Below are positions 38,301 to 47,683 of a stretch of DNA of 64,000 nt, piece after piece. The notes below the pieces were generated by a model. It did no database searches and was not told where the DNA came from. It worked only from the letters and a program-made list of their open reading frames with translations. Origin of the DNA: a virus; the IMG/VR virus record IMGVR_UViG_3300034524_000090, positions 1-64,000 of that record; one strand, 5' to 3'. Within the stretch, counting starts at the first letter, position 1. Each line of letters begins with the position of its first letter. Both the position numbers and the translations under genes were made by a program.

Positions 38301-40797
38301 GCCAACTATTATACAAAATGATATAGAGGCCCACAAGAATGATTTTAATAATCCTCATCATGTTTACCATAATCAAACTCAGCCATTAGAGGTTAATGAG
38401 GCAGATACCAATACTATTAGAGATAAACACATTTCTAACTTAATGGCTAAACAATGGGAAGAACATAGATTAAACGATGATCTTGCGGCGCACGGAACAA
38501 ACACTACTTCTGTTATTAGTGTTGGCGGTATTAATATTAATAATAGTATTAATCTTAGCGGAAAAGCTTATATTGAAAGTGGTGCTACCGATTTAGTCCA
38601 AATAAGAAATGCCAGTAACAGCGACTATGGGGATTTAATTGTGAGAAATTTGACCGTCAAAGGGACTACTACTGTAATTGAATCTCAAAATCTCCAAGTG
38701 GGCGATAATATTATTACTTTAAATAGTTCTTATACTGGTAGTAGTCCTACTCAGAATGGTGGACTTGAAATTGAACGGGGAACTTTAACTAATGCATCTT
38801 TAATTTGGGATGAAGGTAATGATGTTTGGAAAGCAGGTTTAGCAGGTTCAGAAGCTATTATTTGGACTTCTGCGACAGATGGTAGTGGTTCGGGGCTGGA
38901 TGCAGATCTTTTAGATGGTCAACATGCTAGTTATTTTGCTCCTGCTAGTCATAATCATGATTCTACTTACTTGAAATTAAGTGGTGGAACTTTAACTGGT
39001 GATTTAACCTTTAGTATAACAACAAAAAATGCCGCTACTAAGGGATTAATTTGGTCTGGATTAACTGATGCCCATAAAATATTTGTTGAAGAATATGGGA
39101 ATTCAGAATCTACTAGATTGGTTATTTATAATGCAGATAATGGCGATGTAGATTATACTGTATTTAGATCAGGTACTAGTATAGATACACTTGAGGTTAG
39201 ACGGAACTATCTTTATACACCAGTCCAATTTAGATCTGGAGTAACTACTGGAACGGCCCCATTTACAATTAATAGCACAACAAAAGTAACAAATCTTAAT
39301 GTAGATATGGTTGATGATTGTCATGTCGGTAATGGTGCAAATAATATTCTACTGCTTGATACTAATGGCTTAGTACCATTAACAAATATACCTAATGTGC
39401 TTACTGGTAAAGATGCTGATACTGTTGATGGTAAACATGCTACCGATTTTGTCCAAAAAGTTTCAAATGCACAAATAATTTTAGGTTTTACTGGCTGGTC
39501 TAGAAATAATGGAGAGGCAAATGTTTTAGGAGAAATCTCTGCCAATAACGTATCTGGTGATGCAAGATTAATGATACACAGTATAGGCAGTGGTAAAACT
39601 AATGTTTATGTAGATGGGGAAATATATGTTAATGAAGGAAATTATAAAGTTTGGCACGCAGGCAACGATGGTGCTAGTTCTGGTTTAGATGCGGATCTAT
39701 TAGATGGCTATCATGCTGGCAATGCTTCTGGTCAGATACCTTTATCTAATGGCACCGTAAATACAAACTTAAATGCTGATTTGTTAGATGGCAAACATGC
39801 TTCGGATTTTGTTTTAAAGTCTGGAGATACAATAAATGGTAATCTTGTGATAAATGGTTATACCAATGTTTCTTTACCTTCTAGTATAGCTGGTTGGCGT
39901 TGGGGAGATGGAACAGGTTTATGGAATCCTAAGACTTCTTGGAAATTAGTGGGTGGTAGACATGCGGCTGATGGTGATTGTTATATATCGTTAGCTTCTT
40001 CTTCGGGCAAGATGCATTTAGTCTTAGATGGTGAAGTGTATGCTAATGAAGGTCAGTATGTATGTTGGAATGCTGGTAATGACGGCTCTGGCTCTGGTTT
40101 AGATGCAGATCTATTAGATGGTATGCAACCATCTACTTCTGCTACGGCTAATACTATAGTTCAACGTGATACTTCTGGCAATATTACTGCTAATACTTTT
40201 AATGGTGTCTTAAATGGCAATGCCACTACAGCCTCTAAATTACAAACAGCCAGAACAATAACTTTATCTGGAGATATTAGTGGTTCGGCTTCTTTTGACG
40301 GTTCTTCTGATATTACTATTTCAACTACTTTACCTAATTCTGGTGTAACTGCTGGCACATATACAAAAGTAACTGTTGATGCTAAAGGTAGAGTAACCAG
40401 TGGAACTACTTTATCTGCTTCTGATATTCCTAATTTAGATTGGTCTAAAATTACTACTGGTAAACCTACTACTCTTTCTGGTTATGGAATTACAGATGCA
40501 GTACGAAATGCTGGCAATACTCCTTCTATTCAGGCTGGTCTAGATGCTAATAAACCTACTGCTGGTATTGCTGGAAGATTATATATTGCTACCGATACTA
40601 AGACAATTTATAGAGATGATGGGACACAATGGATTATTTTAAGTTCAGGTAGTGGCGGGACTTCTCTTGATCCTGAAAGCGAGCAGATATTAAGCGCTTC
40701 TGAATATAGAGTACAATCTACTACTTCTACGGCCAAATTTGTTATTGAATATAATGAGGCCAATGATAGTTTAGATTTTGTTTATTATGCTAGTTAA
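35365..40797 (+). CDS. central tail fibre/spike protein (OB fold, beta-helix repeats, FN3, fibre repeats)
   Basis: PKIGDNVLI OB motif; LDASKITSG repeats; two FN3 domains; GSGSGLDADLLDG repeats; KLQTARTI and GKPTTLSGYGITD fibre motifs. Confidence 0.85.
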   Translation: MPTYLKYETQTKNITYDNGKIIAIYNDNTVDIVLGNGVDFYGNPISIQRVPIKGTYVPKIGDNVLISWEGNTPVVIGSNTSTPIDLNYSTIISSPNSIAPNIINNLHIENGTITASKLQAGTITAESGVIANAAIGTAQIQDLAVTNAKIADAAIDAAKIKDLTVTDAKILNLDASKITSGDISTERLTANIISAINLSTGDAKIDGAKIKEASIDDAQIISLTADKIVTGDLRANVMTTNVIDAINLSTSSATIDQAKIGNLDASKITSGDIDVERLKANVIDAINQTAVTARISQAKIEDLDASKIVSGSISTDRMKANVIDAINLSTSSATIDGAKITDATITNAKIASIDASKMVSGDISADRMKTNVIEAINLSTSGAVIDQAKIGYLDASKILSGTIDTSKVTISTNASGQGARIDIQHDGINLIDANNNVIARFNTDLGFVVHSPAGMKLDNQGSIRIGPTDDIVIDAEGIKAKAGGMEYTALFTGDGLTFIEPNNPDNKLIITSGQLKITTDGGQTFKTALTAEGFYGDILLDKTLPPSKFDTTPPAIPTWREEGVTSILEQTPETQIVTIVVKWNEVTDSDLEGYKIYLEENNSGNFYPVAIVGKTNEYHIRGIKPNTLYRVMVSSFDIQGNECSTKLPSNTNFTTYPRSVITASDTVAPATPSTPPEVTTGFKLFMLTWQEVVQNQDSTPCYDLSYYEIQRSSSLNWDEWTTIAKIKGTSLIDKDVDYNIRYRYRYRAVDTSGNVSGWSPVVDAGSPAQVGAGDIVAHSITTEHISTAGLSADIITSGKIKGDLIEANTITADKFESRLYGDLVQALRYVESRLKVKVFEWLGTTDNYNQGTFNGTYASNDILMLDTVYHWDTNINWDSGYYWDKPVVTSGFWESNVLDMGALNTILCLPKLSYTAPSGGYAKFYLKYSEDNITWTDYVEFSGTVITARYLKMKVELYTPDNNNNVLVNSLLLQCYVDEPTIIQNDIEAHKNDFNNPHHVYHNQTQPLEVNEADTNTIRDKHISNLMAKQWEEHRLNDDLAAHGTNTTSVISVGGININNSINLSGKAYIESGATDLVQIRNASNSDYGDLIVRNLTVKGTTTVIESQNLQVGDNIITLNSSYTGSSPTQNGGLEIERGTLTNASLIWDEGNDVWKAGLAGSEAIIWTSATDGSGSGLDADLLDGQHASYFAPASHNHDSTYLKLSGGTLTGDLTFSITTKNAATKGLIWSGLTDAHKIFVEEYGNSESTRLVIYNADNGDVDYTVFRSGTSIDTLEVRRNYLYTPVQFRSGVTTGTAPFTINSTTKVTNLNVDMVDDCHVGNGANNILLLDTNGLVPLTNIPNVLTGKDADTVDGKHATDFVQKVSNAQIILGFTGWSRNNGEANVLGEISANNVSGDARLMIHSIGSGKTNVYVDGEIYVNEGNYKVWHAGNDGASSGLDADLLDGYHAGNASGQIPLSNGTVNTNLNADLLDGKHASDFVLKSGDTINGNLVINGYTNVSLPSSIAGWRWGDGTGLWNPKTSWKLVGGRHAADGDCYISLASSSGKMHLVLDGEVYANEGQYVCWNAGNDGSGSGLDADLLDGMQPSTSATANTIVQRDTSGNITANTFNGVLNGNATTASKLQTARTITLSGDISGSASFDGSSDITISTTLPNSGVTAGTYTKVTVDAKGRVTSGTTLSASDIPNLDWSKITTGKPTTLSGYGITDAVRNAGNTPSIQAGLDANKPTAGIAGRLYIATDTKTIYRDDGTQWIILSSGSGGTSLDPESEQILSASEYRVQSTTSTAKFVIEYNEANDSLDFVYYAS
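35878..36590 (+). repeat. degenerate coding repeats of about 41-51 aa (LDASKITSGDI...ANVIDAINLST..A.IDQAKI)
   Basis: About five and a half copies visible in the translation. Confidence 0.8.
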
Positions 40798-40812
40798 AAA
40801 GGAGGGGTAGAT

Positions 40813-43800
40813 ATGGGTGTAATTGGAAGATTAAATAAAAATGGGGACTTACTAATTGCGGGAGAGGTAAATGAAAGACTACCAGCCGTGACGGATGGGT
40901 TGATAGCCTATTTTCCTTTTGATGGTACGTTAAATAAAAAAAAGGTTTCTATTACTGGCGCAAAGGTTCTTGGTTATCATGGAGGTACATCTCGACATCC
41001 TTGGTATGATTATTTTAATACTAATGCTATATTAACACATACTGATGATATATTGAGTATTTCAGTAGACATTGCTAAACAATACGATTTAATTGTTGTT
41101 GATAGGTATGTTTGGGATATTTCTTCTGTTATAATAAACAAACTTAAAGAATTTGTTGACGCTGGCATATCATGTGTTGCTATGGGTAATGATACAAGAA
41201 CTAATGTGTTTGTAAAGTCGTATAATACAACAGCTCATACTACGCATGATATTTATATAGAATCTGATATTCCTATAAAAGTTGAGAGTTATGTTTATAC
41301 TTGTGGCAGTGGCGATTTATATGGTGGAATAACTGAATTGCAAAATGGGGCTTATCCTTATTATAGAAGAGCAGATACAAATGAGATAACAGGATATATT
41401 TATGAATCTCCACAAAGTGGGGCTATATTTTATTTTGATCAAGAAGGGTTAACTGTTCAACCTTTTATAGAAAAGGCATTTTTATATGCTTTAGAAAGAA
41501 GTTCTGGAGGCATAACATATTCTAATGTCAGTTGGTTTAATGATAGTATAGCTATTGAATCGGGTACATCAAATTATATAACTATTTCCAACATGGAATC
41601 CTATGAAATTGGTTATACTGGTAATGTATGCGGTTTTACTAATAATTTTGATTCTAGGTTTGGGGCTGGTAATTGGAAAACAGAAATTATTCCAGCAAGT
41701 TATTCGCCAGTTCCAGGTTTGACAAAATGTCAAAGAATTGAAACTTATAGTAGTGGTTGGGGTGGTTGGATATCAGGTAATATTGGTCCTACTACTGGTA
41801 ATATTGTTTACGGGGTTTGGATTAGATTATTTTATGGTGAGATACAATGGGGAGATTTAAATACAACTAGTAGGTTATATATTACTACTGATGTAAGTAA
41901 AAAAACAGATCCGAAATATGATGTAATAGAACCTGGAAAATGGGTTTACGTAGCAAGGACTTTTCCTGCTACAAGTTCTGGCAGACATTTATATGCTAAT
42001 GGCCCTACTAAGGCCGATATATTAGCTGTGCAAATAGAAGATAAAATGTATCCTACTTCGTATGTTAATGGCAGTAGAAGTAATGCGCTTTTTGCTTTAC
42101 CCTCTACTCTATTAAATATTAATAATGGTGCAATAGTGGTTGATTTTTATTGGGAAGGGGTAAAGTATTCTAACCCAAGTAATCCTTGGATGATGATAAC
42201 TCATTCTTATACTTCGGCAGGATATGAGTACAATAAAATTAATATAGCCATATATGGAAATGCCAATAAATTATGTTGTAGATTAGCTAATAATACTCCT
42301 TCAACTTGGGTTTCTAATGGTTTTGATTTAAGTTTATTAACTAAGGGATGGAATCGTTATATAGTTACTTGGGATAAAGTGAATGGGAAATTAAAAGAAT
42401 GTTTGAATGGAAATATAACTGTTGAACAGACTCCAACATATTTTCCAGACTTAGCTCCTGAATATTTTTATATTGGTTCATGGGGTACATCTGGATTGTG
42501 GGCTAATATGAGATTTAAAAACCTGATTATTTACAATAAGTATTTGTCTGATGAAGAAATAAGTAAATTATGTAGATCACAGCATTCTTTTACGACAGTT
42601 GGGAATTTAATTGTTCAAAGTTATTTAGAAAGACCTATCGGAATATCTGAAGATATATTTTATTTTCCGTTAGGTAATGATACTAGAGATGAATATAAGT
42701 TTATAAAACCTGTTTCGGAGTCTAATGTAGTTTATGAGAATAATGCAGTATGGCTTGGAACCAGTGTAGCTAATCAGGTATCGAATCCCGATGGTAAGTC
42801 TGTAAATCTTACTTATCTTCCTCCAGGTACTTATAAACCAGGGTGGAATACTTCTCTCCATAATGACGCTATTGTTATTAATAATTGGAGTACAGGGTAT
42901 AATAGCGGCGTTCCTTCTCCTGATGTTGGGTATCATGCTAAATGGGTATTTGAGGGTATTGATGGTGCTAATGACCCTTGTATGAAATTTATTGATTTAA
43001 ATTCTCAGTTTGGCTTAACTCATAGATGGTTAGGTATTGCTCAAACTTTAGGTACACCTTCTAGTTTAGGGTGGTCTGTAGGGACAACAATTACTATATC
43101 ATGGTATCAGAAAAGTAGTGTTTTAAATAAAGGGGCACGTGTAGGTATCTACCATAAATGTTTAGATACAGGCAGTTATAGTTTTGAGACTTGTATACAG
43201 ACATTATATGTATCTAGAACTAATATTTGGGAAAAAGTTGGTTTTACTTATACTATTACAGATAATTGGGATTTAAGTGCAAGTTGTTTAATTTATGTGT
43301 ATGGTCATTATGGTGATGAGGGTATTTTATGGGTAGACAATGTGCAAGTAGAGCAACGCAATTTTATTACACCTTTTGTTAGCGGCACAAGAGGTATTTC
43401 AGACCTAGAATTTAATCTATATAGTTCTGTAGGGTTAGATTGGAACGGAGATTGGTCAATTATTTACTGGAAAAAACCAGTTGGAACTCATACTGGCAAT
43501 ACATTAACGGGGTATAATATTGAAAGTATTGGCTGTAACTCTAATAGTGTTGGTGGGGGTTATAGATGGTGGGGTAAGGATAGCGGTTATGATAGATTTA
43601 GAGTTTCTGGTATGGTATTATCAACATTTTCTCCATCAGATTATTTTAATAAATGGCAAATGGTAAGCATAGTTAAAAACGGAACTACTGTAACTTGGAA
43701 GTTTTGGATTTCTACAGGTGTTATTACTTACAGTGAAACATGGGGGACTATAGCTTCTAATTATTTTGTAACTCAATATGGGTATGATTTAAAACTTGGC

Positions 43801-43965
43801 GGTTGGGATAATAGCAATGTTTGCAATACTTATTTTAGAGATTTAATTGTTGTAAAAAAGGCTTTGTCTAATGATGAATTAAGTGCTTTATATAGATGTT
43901 TTATGCGGATACAGAGCAATAAACTTTATGTGCAAAATAATGTAAAAGAATGTTTTGTATTTTAA
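40813..43965 (+). CDS. tail-associated lectin/LamG-like protein with internal duplication
   Basis: GLIAYFPFDG/DIFYFPLGND, VQIEDKMYPTSYVNGSR/VQVEQRNFITPFVSGTR, LSDEEI/LSNDEL duplicated modules. Confidence 0.75.
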   Translation: MGVIGRLNKNGDLLIAGEVNERLPAVTDGLIAYFPFDGTLNKKKVSITGAKVLGYHGGTSRHPWYDYFNTNAILTHTDDILSISVDIAKQYDLIVVDRYVWDISSVIINKLKEFVDAGISCVAMGNDTRTNVFVKSYNTTAHTTHDIYIESDIPIKVESYVYTCGSGDLYGGITELQNGAYPYYRRADTNEITGYIYESPQSGAIFYFDQEGLTVQPFIEKAFLYALERSSGGITYSNVSWFNDSIAIESGTSNYITISNMESYEIGYTGNVCGFTNNFDSRFGAGNWKTEIIPASYSPVPGLTKCQRIETYSSGWGGWISGNIGPTTGNIVYGVWIRLFYGEIQWGDLNTTSRLYITTDVSKKTDPKYDVIEPGKWVYVARTFPATSSGRHLYANGPTKADILAVQIEDKMYPTSYVNGSRSNALFALPSTLLNINNGAIVVDFYWEGVKYSNPSNPWMMITHSYTSAGYEYNKINIAIYGNANKLCCRLANNTPSTWVSNGFDLSLLTKGWNRYIVTWDKVNGKLKECLNGNITVEQTPTYFPDLAPEYFYIGSWGTSGLWANMRFKNLIIYNKYLSDEEISKLCRSQHSFTTVGNLIVQSYLERPIGISEDIFYFPLGNDTRDEYKFIKPVSESNVVYENNAVWLGTSVANQVSNPDGKSVNLTYLPPGTYKPGWNTSLHNDAIVINNWSTGYNSGVPSPDVGYHAKWVFEGIDGANDPCMKFIDLNSQFGLTHRWLGIAQTLGTPSSLGWSVGTTITISWYQKSSVLNKGARVGIYHKCLDTGSYSFETCIQTLYVSRTNIWEKVGFTYTITDNWDLSASCLIYVYGHYGDEGILWVDNVQVEQRNFITPFVSGTRGISDLEFNLYSSVGLDWNGDWSIIYWKKPVGTHTGNTLTGYNIESIGCNSNSVGGGYRWWGKDSGYDRFRVSGMVLSTFSPSDYFNKWQMVSIVKNGTTVTWKFWISTGVITYSETWGTIASNYFVTQYGYDLKLGGWDNSNVCNTYFRDLIVVKKALSNDELSALYRCFMRIQSNKLYVQNNVKECFVF

Positions 43966-43985
43966 ATTTAAAGGAGGGGTTTGTA

Positions 43986-44135
43986 ATGGCCGATTTACGT
44001 GGCGGTAGTACGGTAGCTGGTTATATTATTTGGCACGCAGGCAATCAGGGTTCGGGTAGTGGCATGGACGCTGATAGTTTAGATACTTTTCATTTAGACG
44101 ATATACTTTGTCAAATATGGATGAGTTTATTTTAG
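43986..44135 (+). CDS. 49-aa tail fibre adaptor, T4 gp36 N-terminus-like
   Basis: AAGGAGGGG RBS before ATG 43986; MADLRGGSTVAGYIIWHAGN. Confidence 0.65.
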   Translation: MADLRGGSTVAGYIIWHAGNQGSGSGMDADSLDTFHLDDILCQIWMSLF

Positions 44136-44193
44136 TTGGCGGGATTAAAGGAAAATGACCTCATAATAATATAATGAGAGGGGGAATATTTTA

Positions 44194-45792
44194 ATGCCTC
44201 TTAGTCTTTTACCTTATCAATCCCCTTTAATAAGCCAAGCTGTTAATGACAATCTGAATTATTTAGATGCAAGCATAAAAAATGTGGTCAAAGATAATAT
44301 CGGCTATGGAATCAGGACGGGTTTATCTGTTAGTGCCCAAACTACCCCTAATATGACAGTTAAAGTATTACCAGGAGTAGCTTATTTACCTTCGGGGCAA
44401 AGAGTACAATTTTCTACAGAAACGGTTTTAACTATACCTAATCCTTCTGTAGTGCAACATTCTAGTGAGCCTCATACTACTGATACTAGCGGTGTATTTA
44501 CTACAGATTTAAAACCAATTACCGATTCTAGTGGTAATTATGCGACTATAAGTGCTATTACTGTTAGAAATGCTAGTGATAATACTGTAGTAACAGTTGA
44601 ATCGGTTGATCCAGTGAACGGTACGGTAGATACTGTTTTAACTGCCGCTACAAACGTTAAGATTGATTACTTTCACGGCCAACAGCGAATAGATATTATT
44701 GTTATTAATTCTTCTGGTGCCTTACAAGTAATTAGTGGAACACCAGCCGATAGTAATCCTCAAGTTCCTACCACTCCTACTGGAGCTATTAAACTAGCTG
44801 AAATCAAAGTTAACCCTAAAGCTAATATTTGTATTGAAAGTACCGATATAACTAATATTATAGATGCTGGCGGTCTAAAAATAGATGATAATTTAAATGT
44901 GGTAGTTTTTAAAGATTTAGTAGTTCTAGGTTCTCAGGTTGTAGGTAATACTGTTCAGCAAGATATAATTGTGCGTGGAAATATTTATAATGACCAAACT
45001 TCACAGCCCGTTACTATTAATGATGATGTATCAATAACAGGTAATATTACTATTACTGGTACTGTTGATGGCCGCGATATTTCGATAGACGGTGCTACAT
45101 TAGATACTCATATTGTTAAACAAGTCGATCCTACTTCTACTGATACTACAAAAGATAAACATCTTTCTAATGCCCTTGCTAAAGGTTGGGAAGATCATAA
45201 AAATTCTACTGGTAATCCTCATTCTACTCAACATAATCAATTGTTAAATATACCTACTGTCGATGTAACCTCTACTGATACAGTTTTAGATAAACATATT
45301 TCTAATGCTTTAGCTAAAGGATGGGAGGATCATAAAAATTCGCCGCACCTCCAATTAGGTGAAACTTCTACTACTGCCTATAGAGGTGATAGAGGAGCTT
45401 CTGCTTATAGTCATTCTATTACTGTTGGTAATCCCCACAGCACAACTCACGCCCAATTAGTAAGCGTTTTAGGAGCTAATCCTGCTTCTACTGATACAAC
45501 CAAAGATAAACATATTTCTGATCAAATGGCGAAACAATGGGAAGATCATAGACTTAATACCTCTAACCCTCACAATACTACTGCCGCCCAAGTAGGAGCT
45601 TTAGTAAGTATTAATTCTATTACAAACGCAGGTGGTAATATAGATCTTATTGCAGGTTCTAATATTTCTATTTCTGCTGATACGGTTAATAAAAAAATAA
45701 CTATAACTGGTTCTGGTACTTGGCCTGATTCGGATACCTTAGATACTCTTCATGCTGATGATTTTCTTTGTCAGATGTGGATGGAAGTGTAA
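44194..45792 (+). CDS. fibre/collar-type structural protein with His-rich repeats
   Basis: GLSVSAQTTPNMTVKV..G.AY and RIDIIVI...G.P motifs; three TSTDT.KDKH.S...AK.WEDH repeats. Confidence 0.7.
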   Translation: MPLSLLPYQSPLISQAVNDNLNYLDASIKNVVKDNIGYGIRTGLSVSAQTTPNMTVKVLPGVAYLPSGQRVQFSTETVLTIPNPSVVQHSSEPHTTDTSGVFTTDLKPITDSSGNYATISAITVRNASDNTVVTVESVDPVNGTVDTVLTAATNVKIDYFHGQQRIDIIVINSSGALQVISGTPADSNPQVPTTPTGAIKLAEIKVNPKANICIESTDITNIIDAGGLKIDDNLNVVVFKDLVVLGSQVVGNTVQQDIIVRGNIYNDQTSQPVTINDDVSITGNITITGTVDGRDISIDGATLDTHIVKQVDPTSTDTTKDKHLSNALAKGWEDHKNSTGNPHSTQHNQLLNIPTVDVTSTDTVLDKHISNALAKGWEDHKNSPHLQLGETSTTAYRGDRGASAYSHSITVGNPHSTTHAQLVSVLGANPASTDTTKDKHISDQMAKQWEDHRLNTSNPHNTTAAQVGALVSINSITNAGGNIDLIAGSNISISADTVNKKITITGSGTWPDSDTLDTLHADDFLCQMWMEV

Positions 45793-45825
45793 TAAAAATT
45801 TAACACAATTTTAACAAAATTACAC

Positions 45826-45854
45826 TTGACAAAAGCGTTTTTCTGAATTATAAT
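45826..45854 (+). promoter_or_regulatory. consensus sigmaA promoter inside the fibre region
   Basis: Perfect TTGACA-17 nt-TATAAT; AAAGGAG RBS follows. Confidence 0.85.
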
Positions 45855-45879
45855 TATTTATCGAAAGGAGTTAATTGTT

Positions 45880-46209
45880 ATGGCTTATACTCCAAAACGT
45901 TTTTATATTGGTCAACCAGGAACTTCTGCTACTACCTTAGCTACTGTTCCTTCTGGTAAGACATGGATTGTAAAACAAATATGTCTTGCCAATACTACTG
46001 CTTCTGATGCTACTGTTACTATACATCTTGTTCCTTCGGGAGGGAGTGCTGGTGTAGGTAATATGATTGTGCCTGGAATAACCGTATATGCCAAATCTGT
46101 AGTTACAGTTGATTTAGCTCAAGTTATGACTGCTGGTGATTTTATTGCGGGTTTACAAGGTACTACTAGTGCTATTACTGTAACTATTTCTGGAGTGGAG
46201 GTTGGTTAG
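45880..46209 (+). CDS. small beta-sandwich tail fibre-associated protein
   Basis: TTLATVPSGKTWIVKQI..ANT...TISGVE pattern common in phage fibre clusters. Confidence 0.65.
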   Translation: MAYTPKRFYIGQPGTSATTLATVPSGKTWIVKQICLANTTASDATVTIHLVPSGGSAGVGNMIVPGITVYAKSVVTVDLAQVMTAGDFIAGLQGTTSAITVTISGVEVG

Positions 46210-46591
46210 AATGGGGGTGCAGACTTTTCCACCAATTAGTTCTGCTGTAAAAAAAGTTCAGTCTGGTACAACCACTGCGGCGGGGAATGTAACTATAATG
46301 GCTGTTAACCCTCAAAAGACGATAGTATTAAGTGCATCTAAAAGTAGTGCAGGTTATGTGGCGGTGCGGGGAGATTTGTTTGTAGAAAGTGGTGCCAGTG
46401 CAAATCCTTTTGTAAAAAAATTTTATAATGCCACTGGCTCGTTTGATACCGCCGTCAGTAGCGGTAGATTTGGATACCTAGGCAATGGTTCTACCAATTT
46501 AACCGTAAAAGTCTACTCCGCAAGATTAGTTAATTCTACTACGATTTATTGCGATGGCCCCGTTGAATGGCAGGTGATTGAATATGTATAA
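46202..46591 (+). CDS. putative fibre tip/receptor-binding protein
   Basis: AVKKVQSG...I.AVNPQKT...VEWQVIEY pattern; start may be ATG 46211. Confidence 0.55.
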   Translation: MVRMGVQTFPPISSAVKKVQSGTTTAAGNVTIMAVNPQKTIVLSASKSSAGYVAVRGDLFVESGASANPFVKKFYNATGSFDTAVSSGRFGYLGNGSTNLTVKVYSARLVNSTTIYCDGPVEWQVIEYV

Positions 46592-47045
46592 TTATGTATT
46601 AGTTGATAAATTAACAGGTAAGATTATCAATGCCCTTCAAACACCAAATAAAGGTGTGACTTTAAAGCCAGAAAATAATAATCAAAAGGTGTGGGAAATT
46701 TCAGTAGAAGACTTTGATAATATTCTATCTGGACAATTTGGTTATTATAATTATATTACTAATCATTTTGAACCTGAAATTATACGTAAATGGGTATTAG
46801 TTACACCTGGTCCGTATAAAGTGGGTCTTGTTAATCTTGTATTTGAGCAATGGGATTTAAGTGATCGACCTTCTCTTATGCCAGTAACGACAATAATTAC
46901 TATTAATGGTCAAGCACAAGAAATATTTGTTGATGATGGTACGCTGGAAGTAGAATTGGATTGTCCTGATCCAAGTATAGTAAAAATTAAGATTGAGGCC
47001 TCACGTCATGAAACCCTGGAAACCGAGGTGGTCATTGGTGGCTAA
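46578..47045 (+). CDS. putative tail fibre assembly/chaperone protein
   Basis: Position after the tip protein; N-terminal YVLVDKLTGKIIN. Confidence 0.45.
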   Translation: MNMYNYVLVDKLTGKIINALQTPNKGVTLKPENNNQKVWEISVEDFDNILSGQFGYYNYITNHFEPEIIRKWVLVTPGPYKVGLVNLVFEQWDLSDRPSLMPVTTIITINGQAQEIFVDDGTLEVELDCPDPSIVKIKIEASRHETLETEVVIGG

Positions 47046-47250
47046 AATTGCGACTAAAATGGAGATACCTGAAGAGGTTAAAGAAATTAGACGGAAAGAG
47101 GAACAGTTGCGACTTGAGCGTGAAAAGAAAAAGCAAGAGTATCAAAATAAACTTGCTGTAATTGCCGATAAAAAAAACAAAGGGAAATTAACATTAGATG
47201 ACATAGACACGAAATTAGACATTATTTTAAGTATATTACAGGGCGAATGA
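47035..47250 (+). CDS. small coiled-coil hypothetical protein
   Basis: GAGGTGG RBS suggests a start near 47035-47038 rather than 46993. Confidence 0.5.
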   Translation: MVAKIATKMEIPEEVKEIRRKEEQLRLEREKKKQEYQNKLAVIADKKNKGKLTLDDIDTKLDIILSILQGE

Positions 47251-47275
47251 TTTATTTTAAAGGAGGTGAAAATAT

Positions 47276-47596
47276 ATGTCTATGCCTGATACTCTTTTTA
47301 CTTTTCAATATCTATCTACTTTAGCTGGCGCTTCTTTATTAACCTATTTAATTGTCCAATATACAAAAAGCTATATTGACAGCATAAAAAAGTTTTCTAC
47401 TGATTTATATGCGGTATTAGTGGGCACTGTAATTTTACTTTTGGCCCAAATTGCCCAAGGAGCCAATGCGTTAGATTGGCGTATTTATGTTTTATGTTTA
47501 TTTAATGGTTTTCTTGTGGCCGTTACATCTGGCAAAATTAATGACGTGGCTATTAAACCGCCCGCTTCCAATCAACAAAAAGACAATAATAATTAA
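47276..47596 (+). CDS. holin
   Basis: Three hydrophobic segments, IVQYTK motif, polar tail; last gene of the virion operon. Confidence 0.75.
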   Translation: MSMPDTLFTFQYLSTLAGASLLTYLIVQYTKSYIDSIKKFSTDLYAVLVGTVILLLAQIAQGANALDWRIYVLCLFNGFLVAVTSGKINDVAIKPPASNQQKDNNN

Positions 47597-47606
47597 CCAA
47601 TAATGC

Positions 47607-47635
47607 TTGACAAATTGGTAGACATAATCTATAAT
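47607..47635 (+). promoter_or_regulatory. consensus sigmaA promoter for the replication operon
   Basis: Perfect TTGACA-17 nt-TATAAT. Confidence 0.85.
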
Positions 47636-47667
47636 TAGTAGCGAAGCTAAATGCTTCGCTACTAATT
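47633..47667. other. 15-bp perfect inverted repeat overlapping the -10/TSS
   Basis: AATTAGTAGCGAAGC-TAAAT-GCTTCGCTACTAATT. Confidence 0.8.
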
Positions 47668-47683
47668 TCAAGGAGGTATTTTT

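Noticed and set aside
38860-40125. Diversity-generating retroelement TR/VR pair among GSGSGLDADLLDG repeats
   Set aside because: Differences are mostly synonymous and not adenine-specific; all copies are coding; no reverse transcriptase in the window
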